DNA of 63,983 nucleotides, the filler included, from Trypethelium eluteriae (lineage: Eukaryota): the NCBI GenBank assembly GCA_051942245.1. It is 3 parts of 3 records of this genome, joined end to end, with 100 filler letters (N's around TTAATTAATTAA, not from the genome) between each part and the next. Parts side by side here need not be neighbours in the genome. Positions count along the whole stretch, not along the records: positions 1 to 21,964 come from JAVECL010000454.1; 2 more parts are not named here. One strand, written 5' to 3'. Every line of letters begins with the position of its first letter. Position 1 is the stretch's first letter. The position numbers and the translations under genes are program-made. The notes under the pieces were generated by a model. The model searched no databases and was not told the DNA's origin. It was given only the letters and a program-made list of their open reading frames with translations. Below, in pieces: positions 1-12,255 of this stretch.

Positions 1-575
1 GATTGCGGAGGGGGAAGAGTGAGAGGACGGAGGGGGAGGAGGCGTGAGCGATGGGAGGTGTGAGATATTCTTGAGGTACACTTGATCGAAGAGGGAGGTT
101 GTGAAGGATGGAAGACTTTGAGTACATGCTATTCTTGAAGCATTCGGCCGGGCGTTGTGGATAGGTGTGGGGCAAACAGGATTTTCCAATGCAGCGTTCG
201 CGTCCGTCTCGTCCATACTACTCTTGTATGATGATCATCACTTTTCATAGTAGGTTTGGGATACCCTCTTCTGTTCTCTGTACAAGCAGATATAGAAATT
301 GTGAATATATCTACTCCCTCAAAGAACCATTAGAATACAGCTTTGCACTGAAGCATTGACAGCCAGAGGTTTGATCCTGAGGGTCATATTGGTATCTTAC
401 CCACGCCATCCTAGATATGAGACCCTTGCGAGCAAGATAGAGTGAAAACTTCACAAGAAGTAGAGAGTTATACAAACGAATTTTAGCGCTCCACCAGTTC
501 GCATGTTCAGACCAAATCAGTCCATCCTCTAATTATCAGGTTCATCTACCGCTGAATCACGTCCCGTACCACGAC

Positions 576-1244
576 TTATTCCTCCCTAGCGGAAATATCC
601 TCTGACGCGTCCTGGCCACTGGATGGGCGCTGCAGGACCTGATAACTGCGCTGGGCCAAACTCAGGCTGGTGCGGCGCAGGGGCTCGCCATCCGGACCAG
701 TTTGGTCGGTGGTAAAGGTCTGCATTGTGGGGTCGAGTTCTACGTAGAGTAGGGTACTGGCGAACCGAAGGTTAAAGAGGACTTGGAGGAAAAATGCGCA
801 ATTTGGTAGCTGGTGCAGGAGAGAGACGATATGATGTGATAGATGAAACGAGGGAAGACAACTTTGAGTATCGTAATACGGTCAAAACAGGAACGTGCGG
901 AATAAAGGATTTCAGTGCGATTCTCTGCTCCATCGTTCTGAGATCGCGCCACTTCGTACTCACCCTTTCTGCAGACTCAGCAAATGATTCACGCGGGCTT
1001 CATTCTCGTCGAAACTCGTAACTTTGAACCAGCTTGTCTTCTGGTTCTCGCGAGAACCACTATTTGACCCAATGACGTATCTTATGATGTCTTTTCCTGT
1101 GGACGTATTGACTCGCTCGGGTTCCGCACCAAGTCGGCCAACAATGGTCATGCGCGCAAGGTTCGAACGCGTGGAGGCGGAGAAGCTGCGCGTTGTGGAT
1201 AGAGGGAGGGCGGAGAAACGTTGGAGGATAATCGGGCGAAACAT
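576..1244 (-). CDS. RIM1: Mitochondrial single-stranded DNA-binding protein (SSB/OB fold), 2 exons (1244-964, 756-576)
   Basis: Arg/Ser-rich presequence, then MTIVGRLGAEPE...IRYVIGSN...TSWFKV...LLSLQKG|TLLYVE. GTGAGT donor at 963, CAG acceptor at 757, TAA at 578-576. Confidence 0.9.
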
Positions 1245-1571
1245 TGTGACGGAGCGAAAGGATTCCGATTCTGAGATGGCAGCGCGATCGGGCTCGTTGG
1301 AATGTGCGAGATACGCGTTTGAGGAGGTCGTGGAGCTCGTGGAGGGAGATTGATAATTATCCTTTTTAGGAAAGGTGTGACTGAGCAGTGTTCAAGCATC
1401 ATCGTACACCTCGACCTCATCTCTGCTCACGCAGCCATCTACTAACCTTCGCACATCCCTCTTGTCCATCTTTCTAGACTTTCCGTGGTCAAGGTGCGCA
1501 TCTCTATCAGGAACTTGACAATTTATTCCCCACTGAACCACACATCGTCGCGTTCACAGTGACTAGCTACC

Positions 1572-3202
1572 ATGGTACGAGTACCAACGGCAAAGCGGTC
1601 TTGGGCACTGCCAACTAACGCCTTGTCTAGGGAGCAAACCAGTCAAATATGGGCGGCAATCAGCCGCCAGACGGAGGCAAAGATAAGAAGGACTCAAAGG
1701 TATGGCAGCCTCATCTTGAGCCTTGCGGGTTTAAGCTACGAGTTGAAGCGCGATGCTATCTGCGTTCCGCCACTGATGATCTTGCTAACAAGCACTCATC
1801 TATGTAGAAAGACAAGCCCAAGTATGAACCTCCGCCACAGCCTACGACACGCATCGGTCGCAAGAAGCGTAAACAAGCTGGCCCAAATGCTGCTGCAAAG
1901 TTGCCTGTGGTCTACCCAACTGCCCGCTGCAAGCTTCGATACCTCCGCATGCAACGTATCCACGACCATCTTTTGCTTGAGGAGGAATACGTCGAAAACC
2001 AAGAGCGTATTCGTAAAGCCAAGGCAGCAAACACTCAGCAGCCCTCGTCTGCAGGGGGGGACTCTGATGCCATCGACAGGAATGCAGATGAGAGGTCAAG
2101 AGTTGACGATATGCGCGGAAGCCCGATGGGAGTTGGCAACTTGGAGGAACTCATCGATGACGACCATGCTATTGTGTCAAGCGCAACTGGACCCGAATAC
2201 TATGTCTCCATCATGTCTTTCGTAGACAAAGACCTGCTCGAACCTGGCGCCAGCATTCTACTCCACCACAAATCCGTATCTGTCGTCGGTGTCCTGACAG
2301 ATGATGCTGATCCGCTTGTCTCAGTCATGAAGCTGGACAAGGCACCTACGGAATCATATGCAGATATCGGGGGTCTGGAGTCACAGATCCAAGAGGTCCG
2401 AGAAGCCGTCGAACTTCCACTCCTTCATCCCGAACTTTATGAAGAAATGGGCATCAAGCCTCCCAAAGGTGTGATCCTCTATGGTGCGCCTGGAACCGGA
2501 AAAACTCTCCTGGCTAAAGCGGTGGCAAATCAAACAAGCGCAACGTTCCTTCGCATCGTCGGCAGTGAACTGATCCAGAAGTACCTTGGAGATGGTCCTC
2601 GATTGGTCCGCCAACTTTTCCAAGTTGCCGCCGAGAACGCTCCAGCAATTGTCTTCATTGATGAAATCGACGCTATTGGCACTAAGCGGTACGAGTCCAC
2701 ATCCGGTGGCGAGCGCGAGATCCAACGTACGATGTTGGAGCTGCTCAACCAACTTGATGGATTCGATGACCGCGGTGATGTCAAAGTCATCATGGCCACG
2801 AATAAGATTGAGACGCTTGATCCCGCTCTCATCAGGCCCGGTCGTATTGATCGGAAGATTCTCTTTGAGCCTCCTGATCGTGAGTCTTCGCCCCCCATTC
2901 AACATCTTCATCACTATGTCCGTTCCCTCGAGCTAATGACATTCGCAACAGAAATCACGAAACGCAAGATCTTCAATCTACACACTTCCAAGATGTCCCT
3001 CAATGATGATGTCGATCTAGATGAGTTCGTCAACCAGAAGGACGATCTCTCTGGTGCGGATATCAAGGCCATTTGTTCGGAGGCGGGGCTAAGGGCGCTC
3101 AGAGAGCGGCGTATGAGAGTACAAATGGCGGACTTCAGGAGTGCCAGGGAGAGTGTTATGAAGACGAAGAGTGAGGGCGAACCAGAGGGACTGTACTTGT
3201 AG
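1572..3202 (+). CDS. RPT2: 26S proteasome AAA-ATPase regulatory subunit 4; introns about 1575-1630, 1700-1808 and 2880-2951
   Basis: Spliced start [15 protein letters not shown]; Walker A GAPGTGKT, Walker [32 protein letters not shown]-terminal EGLYL (HbYX). Confidence 0.97.
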
Positions 3203-3733
3203 AGAAGTGGTAGGGATAGGAGAGAGGTGCATAAGAAGCTCTTTGAATTCGGAAGGTGTAATATTAGATAGAAATACTACGTCACATCAGACCCTCGTTG
3301 ACTACATTGAAAACAGATCGTTTCGACTGGTATAGGTATATCCTGCTGTGCCTGCTCATTTTGCACGTTCTGGTCGTGCCAGCTGTCGGGTGCTTTTACA
3401 TAGCGACTATGTATGTCGTACCAAGCCACATCAGTCAGCCACAAGATATGCAAGTACTTAGTTGTAAGAGTGGCTCATGACATGGCGATCATCTTGCACC
3501 TGAGCGAGACTGAAAGCTTGTACCTCGAAAAATAGCTATGTGTCTTATATCTATGAATATGAGTAACTTATTTTGGTTTGCAGCATTTGGAGAGCCGATA
3601 ACCTGCTAACTGAACACTACATTATAGCATAATCGAAAGCTCATCTATCGTATCGTCGCCCACCCCAGGGACACCGAAAGCGCCATTGCCATGCTCCCTC
3701 AGCAACGCCGTCAGATTCAATGCAGCCACTGCC

Positions 3734-5180
3734 CTAGCTCTCTCCGTCCTTCTTCAAATCTCCCCCAAATAGGTCCTCACCTTCCTTCCTCTCCTTCTCT
3801 CTCTCCACCTTCCTCCTCTTTGCCGCACTCTCGCTCACCTCCCCCTCCACCGCACCATCCCTCTTCACCGCCCGATTCAACCCCACCAAATCCATTTTCT
3901 CCGGGTTCCGACATTGATACAACTTCTTATCGATCCGTCTCAACTCCTCCTTCGCCTCCCTCCCCGTCCGATCCTCTCCCGCCAACAACCCCGCCACCTC
4001 CTCCAGCACCCTCAGCAGCTTCGACAGCACCGCCGGCGTCTCCACGAACTTGAACCCCGCACCAGACTCCCAGGGCGGCGGGGTCAGCACCGCGTCAGGG
4101 AACTTCGTCGACAGGTAGAAGAGGGTGAGCGCCGCGTCGGCCATGTACAGTGCGGCAAAGCAGATCTGCGATGGGGTGTAGAGGAAGTAGGCATCGGTGA
4201 GGATGGCGGCGCTGCCGAGGACGCCCTTGGCGAGCTCGTACGCGCGGTTGATGCGGTCCGAGACGCGCTCGGGGATCCCTTGGTCGTTGCCGTCGCGAGG
4301 GAGCTGCGCCATTTCTGCTTTGAGCTGGGCGCTGGTTTTGGGGTGTTGGGGGAGCAGTGCGGCCGTCCCGTTGCTGAGGGCGCCGAGCTCCATGATGACG
4401 CCTTTGAGTGCGCGGTGCGGGTGTCGGACATCGAAGGTGAAGCGCAGGGCTTGGGTGATGATGAACTCGGGGGCGAGGATGTCGGCCTCGGATGTTTTCT
4501 TTATTCCTCGAGCGAATTTGGTGAGGGCGATGTAGTAGTTTTCGGTTTTGGTAGCGAGGAAGAGAGCGGATGGGATGATTTGCTTTGGGTGGTAGGTCAT
4601 GGGCGAGTTGGTCAGGTAGAAACGCTTTATGTATTGGACGGCGGTAGCCTTAGGCTGGGGTTAGTTTCCTTGAGGAAGCTGAATAGGGGAGGGATGGAGC
4701 AGGGCTGGAAGAAGAGCAGAAGGAGCCATGGCAGGGCTTGCTTTGAGAAGAGACAGTTCAGCCATGAAGGGAACAGGAAATTTGAGAGGAGGGAAGAAGG
4801 CTGCGCTGGGGACCCGATGTCCTTGGGGAGGCAAAGTGATGAGATACCTTGACGTGGATGGGAATAGGGAAGTCGAAGGAATCGCTGAGTTGTAGACAGA
4901 CTGTGCAGTAGTATCGGACGAACTTTGCTTCTTCTTCGACAGTCAGACATTCTACGTCTACGGATGAGTCGTGTCCGTTCGCCTCGCCATGTGGTGCGCC
5001 ATTCGTAGCTCCATTGCCGTTGCTCTGGCCCGTCGCTTTGCTACCGTCACGCTTGATTGCAGCCTTAACGCGAGCTGATGCGGCGGAATTGGTGTTGGCC
5101 CTCAGCGATGCTAGAGCCTCAGGCGTGAATGACCAGTACCGATATTGTGAAGAAGTTCGATATAGGTCATCTTCGTTCAT
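3734..5180 (-). CDS. CCL1: Cyclin H / TFIIK cyclin, 2 exons (5180-4848, 4648-3734)
   Basis: MNEDDLYRTSSQYRYWSFT...LTVEEE...VK|ATAVQYIKRFYLTNSPMTYHPK...LFLATKTEN...LTDAYFLYTPSQI...KLYQCRNP; 199-nt GT-AG intron with a CTAAC branch point. Confidence 0.92.
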
Positions 5181-5944
5181 GGCGGGTGGTGAAGGTCGGG
5201 TTGAAAAGAAGGCGGAGAATGGAAGAGATGAAGTGGGATGAGGATAAGGAAGGTTTTCCGATGCACCTTTTCTGCATCGCTTGCCCTCCACAAACAATCA
5301 CTATTATCATTTACTTTTCTGTCTTACAACCTTCTTGTATGTATGACTAGATTTTCATTTTCTCCATTGCTCCTCGTCATGTGTGGTTTTTGTTGTATGT
5401 CTTTCAGTCATCGCATTTATGGAGCTCTGAATTGCCGAGTCAGCAATTGCCACAGTACTCTATCTTAACCTCTAGCCGTTGGACACATGAATTGCTCCTC
5501 ATAAATAGCTCTTGCGGCTGAAACTACCGCTGTCATCATTGTTGAAAACAGATTTGTCTGAGATTGAAGTGCCGTGACGCCTTTCCTGATCCTTCCGTTC
5601 GCCAAGGCTGTCAACCCCACATTTTCTACCCAGATCTCTCCAGATTACAGGGAGGCTAGGGTGCTAGTACGCGTTCATCATGGGGCTGACAGGGCTAGGG
5701 CCCGTAGGCCTATTGTATAAAGACACGATTGGTACGCCCACGAGATCGCACCATTGTACACCGGTGCAAATCTGCATAAAGCCGCCAAGTAGCGTCTGAG
5801 CAACGTTGCACGCTTATTGAGATATTCGGGCCCTAGAAGCCGCAAGGAAAACCTCAGGCCTCTCAAGTTCTTCGATTGAACCATACCATTTTTTCCTACT
5901 CTTGGATCTGGGTCGCCCTCTACCTGTCAAGGTATTTTTCTAAG

Positions 5945-7515
5945 ATGGCAGAAGAAAAAGTCATGGAGGAGCAGATGAGCTCTGATGCCGACGTTAAAAT
6001 AGAAGATCAGTCGCGTATCGAAAAGGTTAGTACTACCTGGAACGACATTCCCACGATTGATCCCGTGCTCGAACAACGGATCAGAAGGAAATTCGATATC
6101 CATGTTGTGCCGTGGCTATTTGGCCTCTGGCTTCTGGCTTTCATTGACCGAAGCAATATCGGAAATGCTCGAATCGACGGACTGTCTACAGACCTCAAGC
6201 TTAATGGCACAAAATTCAACACTGCGCTCGCGGTATTCTATGTTCCCTATATCTGCATCGATGTCCCCTCGAACCTTGTCCTGAAATACTTTAAAGCCGG
6301 CTACTACCTTCCTACATTGATCGTTGCCTGGGGTATCTGCAGCACGTGCACGGGATTCGTCAAGAGTTATGCCGGTCTTCTGGCTGTTAGGTTCTTCCTT
6401 GGACTTTGCGAAGGAGGCCTCCTTGGTGGCATGATCATTTACCTTGCCATGTTCTACCGTCGCCATGAGATGCTTTATCGAATTGGTCTCTTCTACTGCG
6501 CCGCACCCTTAAGTGGTGCCTTTGGGGGCTTGCTGGCGACTGGACTTGCCGAAATAAACTCCGGTTCTTACCATGGATGGCCTTTCATCTTCTTTGTTGA
6601 AGGGGCCATCACAATCCTTTTCGGCATGCTCACCATTTTCTTCTTGCCGCATGTGCCGGCCGAGTCAAAATTTCTAACTGAAGAAGAGCGCCAAGCGGCT
6701 GTTGCTCGGCTTCGTCTTGACGCTCATGGTAGTACTGTGACTGGAGATGCTGCCCATGAGGAGTTTTCTTGGTATTGGGTCCGAAGGGCCTTGCTAAATT
6801 GGAATACTATCCTCCTCAGTCTGGACTTCTTCGCTATCATTACCCCCATCTATTCATACTCCCTTTTTCTTCCTACTATCATCAGCGGGCTAGGTTATGG
6901 TCGAGTGACCGCGCAACTCTTCACAGTTCCACCCAATATGGGTGCCTTCTTCACCGTCATTCTGGCCGGGCACCTCTCGGATCGCTGCCGAATGCGGGGC
7001 CCATTCATGATTGCCGGGTGCACACTTGCTATCGGAGGATACATAATGCTCATCGCTAGCAAGCGACCTCTAACCCAATACGGTGGCACGTTTCTGGTGG
7101 CTGCAGGAGTCTTTCCATCCAGTCCGTTGGTTATGGGCTGGCTCGCAAACAATTTGGCACCTCACTACGTGCGGGCGACGGGGACAGGGTTTCAAATTAT
7201 GATAGCCAATATGGCGGCCTTCATTGCAACGTTTACCTATGTTCAAGCTGATGCGTAAGTGCATACCCCTCGCTTTCAGCCAGAGTCCATTATTACATTG
7301 ACTCACTAATCGAGTAATCCAGGCCTCGCTACATCACAGGGCATGCAATCAATATTGGTATGCTCGTCTTGTCGATAACGCTTTCCACTATATTAATGCT
7401 GTACTGCAATTGGGAAAATAAGCGACGTGCTGCTGGAAAGAGGAATGATCTGTTAGCAGAGGGCGATGAAGGCATGCTTGGATACCGTCATCCAGAATTC
7501 AGATATACGCTATAA
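5945..7515 (+). CDS. MFS anion:cation symporter (DAL5/TNA1-like permease), one intron near 7255-7322
   Basis: RKFDIHVVP...LAFIDRSNIGNARI, RFFLGLCEGG, WPFIFFVEGAIT, GWLANN, C-terminal PEFRYTL; many hydrophobic helices. Confidence 0.9.
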
Positions 7516-8592
7516 CCGATGCCCTCCGTGCCTGCCGAGCAAAATTCGTTATTTGATCTTTTGGCCAAAGGCCCATGAAAGATAGAAAGATAAAGGCCAG
7601 ACTTAACCCCCCGGGAGCTCTGTGTCGGCGTCCGTACTAAATCTACAACTCCATGGATCTTACACCAAGAGTAAGAGTCCTGAAAATTTAGTCAAAACCA
7701 GCATCTCTAGAATCTAGAGCTTAATCAAAAGATTGCTAGACCCTCTTTGACACTCACAACGCCCAGATCAAAGATACCCTTATCTAGATTTTCGAAGCCA
7801 AACTCAAGGGCGTTTCAAGGCAAGATACCAGTATCTGTTTTGGCTCTCAAATAGCGCTTCAGTCTAATAAAGCAGGCTGGCTTGGGTAGAAGATTGCAAG
7901 GTCAAGTAATTAAAGATCAAAATGCAAGAACTGGAGAGTTTCCAGTAGAGCAATATCAGGTTAAAAATTCTGACCGTCCCACCTGAAATCCCTGATGACT
8001 ATCTCTTGAGCTCCCGCCACAAGTCAGGTCCCGACGTGGCGGATTTGCCATCCCCTCACCCCATCCTCGACCTGGTGACCCTCTCATGGCCTGCTTATCA
8101 GGTTCCGATCTATTGGCGTGATCCTGGATGGGGATTTTACCATCAGCAGAAATTGTGGAGCCATATCTGCATCAAATGAACGATGTGGTGAGCTTTGGAT
8201 GTGAGTAGGGTCCTTCTCAACACCTGGTGAGTGCTCCACGAATTCCGAATGCGGGCCTCTCCTGATATCACGCCACACCCCCCCTCGTGATTCAGCAATT
8301 AGGACGTGCGAGATCGCTCGATTGCTGCCTGTAAAATGAGTTAGATGATTATACTCGAAATGTCTCATTTCCGCCCAACGTGTGATCGGAATGTGTGTAT
8401 AGCCGGGCGATGCCCAACAAACTAGCTGCGGTAATTTGTGAACTTGGAATCTTGCATACGACATCAGCACCGACCCATTAATTGAGGTTATGCTCTGTAC
8501 ACGTCTCTCCTCCCCCACCGCGATCACTCCACGACGTCAGCTCTGTAGCATCATCTCAACTCATTAGAATTTCACTTCAAAACCTCCACGAA

Positions 8593-10454
8593 ATGTTGAA
8601 ATCTTCCCAGAATGAGCACTGGCTTTCTGGTCAACACGATTGCAGGGATTCATTTCGCTATATGGGATCGTCTTCGAGCCAGCATGTCGATGCGACAATA
8701 GTGTCACCAAGCACTGCTCGAGACAGCCAAAAGACGACTTCTCTGGGGTTCTGGACGTCCTTACAAGGCCAAAGTGAGAGCACTCGTGGCTCCCTGGGAT
8801 ATATCCCCACATATGATGGGTTTGGACGTCGTAAATTGTGTTATCCCGAAGCAAGCCGAGAATCCCACCCTCCGATGACAGTACGTGAGACTGCCAGCGA
8901 CTCTGAGTACAGAATCGCTCCCAGAACGACGCACCGCTTCCGGCAACGACCTCGCTTCCAGCCTCGCACGATTCCTGTCTTTCCTGCACGCTTTACCCTA
9001 CCTTCTAACACTGGAAAGATGACAGTCTTTTCGAGCAATATCACTCCCGACCCGCACCTCGCATGGCTACCTGTCTGGCAGCGGCAGTTTTCAGAGGACA
9101 ATCTGCCCATCGAGTTGTCTGTTCTCGAGCCCACACGGGTCGTGATTCAGAGGCGCATAGATGCACTTCCTGTGAAAGACGAGATGGGTAACGTCGTTGT
9201 CGGCTGTGATGGCCAACCTCTTCTTGACTTCCGATATGAAGGGCAGCCAGTCCTCCCGGACCGAATTCCAGACCGTGTGGAAGCGTGGCGTCTCGTAGCA
9301 TGGCAACTCTGGGCTCCCGACTTGAACATGATGGACTTTGCGGTGCGAATGCATGCTGAGAAGAAAAACCATCTAGAGATCGAACGTGAAACTCGGCGAC
9401 TCAATTCGGCAATGGGTCGCTGGCGCAAAGAACGTGGGGGTCTCAGTATGCAACGACGTCCGAGTGGTGCCGTGGCAAAGAACGAGCTGAGCGTCATTAA
9501 CCGCATCAAAAGCGAGCCATACGACTGGGCTTTGAACACAGCTTACAATACTGTATGGCTTGTGGATCAGGAGGCTAACACTGTGACTCAGCCAGAGCTG
9601 GATGGGAGGCCTACATCAAATGTCCATAAGCTCTCAGACCTTGGACCACCTCAAAAAGTCTCTGACCGGATTATCTCCATCCGCAATGAGCTGGCGACTC
9701 GAGAGAAAGACGCGGAGGATAAGAAAACCACCTGGGACAAATTGGAGTATGGCAATCAGATGCGCCATCAGACTCGAAAGCAGAATCTCGAAGACCGAAA
9801 GGCACTGGGCATGTCAGCATTCAAGAAAAGCTTGAAAGATGACACTCTTCCCAGCATCAAGCCCAAACGCGCTCGGTATGAAGTTCTGAATCCGAATCGC
9901 TTCAAGGAATTCGATACCGAGCTCGCTGCCACGGACATCGACGAGTTGATTGGGGAAGAGATGCCGTCAGGTTTTGGACGCAGGGAATTTGAAGGATTTA
10001 TTCTCCTTGGCAGACCTACTCGCGAGCAGGTCGATGACTTTGTCCGCTCGGCCTTAGCCAGTAATTTACCAGGAAGCTTAATATTAGACGTCCAAACTAC
10101 CTCTGGTACCTGTACTTCCGCGCCCGAAAATGAGTCTGTCTCCGATTTGGACTCAGAAGGCTTGCCCGAATCACCCAAGCTTTCCTCCGGATTTCGGTCA
10201 CTTAAGCGCCCCTTTGAAGCGTTCGTCCAGTCTAGTGATATCCCTGCTAACCGCTCAGATGATTCTGTAAGTCTCTTTACTTACTTCTCTGCTTTCATAA
10301 AGATTTGCTGAGACTAACGACTTCGAAGCATTGGGAGACAAGCTCAGACACAAAGGACAGCAGCCTTGTAGAGCCTGGGACTAGCTCCCAGAATACCAAA
10401 GGCGATACCATGAAGATCGAAGAAATTGAAGATGAAGAAATGATGGATGGCTAA
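8593..10454 (+). CDS. Orphan protein, island paralogue 1 (unnamed RWR..GGL domain); intron 10267-10328; start codon uncertain
   Basis: 609-codon open frame; GTAAGT..CTAAC..AAG intron restores a short acidic last exon ending TAA at 10452-10454; domain at about 9166-9595 aligns by eye with the ORFs at 13307 and 21310. Confidence 0.75.
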
Positions 10455-11344
10455 GTGCGTTCAATGGCATGTGTATGTGGCCCATGAGTTGATGAATGGC
10501 ACAGAAGATCGAAAATCAAGGGGAAAAAAATAGAAATTACAAAAGTTTTGCGTGGCGCGCCTTCTATTGCAGGATTTCAGCGGCGCTGGCTCGCTATTTA
10601 GCAGGAGCCCCTACGTGTTTGTACCGATGCTCGTTCCTCCGGTGGTGGCTGAGGGCGCGGATCACAAAACGACACATTAACACCTTTCTTCATTTGGCAT
10701 TTCTTAGGGTTAGAGACAGTATGCAGATACAGCATGCAATGGTATGAAAACAGGAGCTTGGCAATTGTGGTATTGCTAGTGGAGGAACTATGTCGGGGTC
10801 TTTGCTTTTATCGTACTAGGTTTGCTTGACACAAAGTCCCGGATTGATTGATACAGAGCACTGATGTTAGCTTTGTCGGCTCCATACCAGATAAATATGG
10901 GTCGCAGGAGAACGGTATTTTGGGACTCTTGCTTGCGCAGCTGCGCAAATTCCGGCGTTCTACCTCTTGTTTCTGTAGCACTGACGAGGTCGAAGTTCAA
11001 AAGACTTTGTCAGCGGAATATTGTTGTTCCAACTCAGATCCAACGACAACGACAACGACAACCTACCTAGGTAGTATTAGAACATCCCCTTCGTCTCACA
11101 GCTTCGATTCAATGAGATTTGGGAGTCTACTCACTGTGTCTTTACAAAGCTTGCGACTTCGCTTAATTGCGAATGTGAGGAAGTACCATTGTCTTGCTGC
11201 AGGCCAGACTCGCCCAACCAAGCCGTCTCCTTCGCCATCACTCAACCAAAAGCCGACTCAATTAGGACATGCTCTCACTTCATTGGTAGTGATGTTTGAT
11301 CGTGACGTATAGACTTTCATCCGTAAGTAAGCATTGTAGTGATT

Positions 11345-11374
11345 CCTAAGAAGGTGAGACCTAAGAAGGTGAGA
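11345..11374. repeat. Perfect 15-bp tandem duplication (CCTAAGAAGGTGAGA)x2
   Basis: Read directly from the sequence. Confidence 0.85.
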
Positions 11375-12255
11375 AAGAGGAAGCAGCATCAGCATATAAG
11401 CGCGGGTCTCTCGCTATCGCTGCATCTTCGCAACAACCTTCTGCCACGAGAAAACAAGACTCGAAAAGAATGAAAGCATACCTACCTAGCTTTTTATCAT
11501 TGCGACTACAGCCCTACGTCATTATATCCTGTGTCTTTCCACTATCGCTTATCTGTGCTCAGAAATATGCGCAACGGGCAGACCCTTGCCAGGGCGCATC
11601 CTCATGACCCGCGTTTGATGAGCAAAGCTCTCTCAACATTTTTTAGCATGGAATTTGAAATATGATATTTCCCGATCTGGTCGTTCTTTGCCGCAGTCCC
11701 CGCAGAGATCATCAGCGGGTGACATAGCCCACGGGCCACCAAAATGCGGCTGAAACGTAGGGCCAAGGCTCAGGAACATTGGATATCACCGACGTTTTTA
11801 CCACTGAAAGTTCGAAAACCCCCTCTAGTGGATACTTCACAAAAGAGGAACACTCACCGCATTCAGAGACTAAGGGATTGAATAGAGGCAAAAAGAAAAT
11901 GCGAATCGAAAGAGCCACCCTTGTGATAGGGAATCCTGTTCCGCGTCCAGTCAAATCTGGGAGATCCCCAGCAACCTTTCGGACCTGTTGCTGAACACTT
12001 GATGGCTTGCCTAGATTTCGTTCAGCCAAGGCAGAAAGGAGGGGTTGGGCAACGTTGTGTGTTGTTGTGATCGGAAATGAGGGGCCCGTGAAGCTGTGAT
12101 TCTGAAGTAAGGACGCCACAATGGTGAGCTTCGATAGCCATGAGCGTGTAGCAAGCTGCTAAGCGACATCAGACTGACGCGTATAAGAGCCTGTCGTGTC
12201 TATATTCTCCTGCACCTTCCCAACAATCGCATATCTTTGCTCACAAAAAGTACTT

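Noticed and set aside
1..130. Open minus-strand frames running off the window start
   Set aside because: Too short and low-complexity to call a gene; may only be the G-rich arm of a skew patch.
757..963. Intronic snoRNA in the long introns of RIM1, CCL1 (4649-4847) or CCT8 (55549-55745)
   Set aside because: No convincing C/D box pair with terminal stem or H/ACA hairpins by eye; an Rfam/snoscan search would be needed.
3914..4852. 312-aa plus-strand ORF and similar antisense or alternate-frame ORFs (e.g. 2381-2914, 34807-35793, 58378-58992)
   Set aside because: Shadows of real genes; GC-rich codon usage removes stops in other frames.
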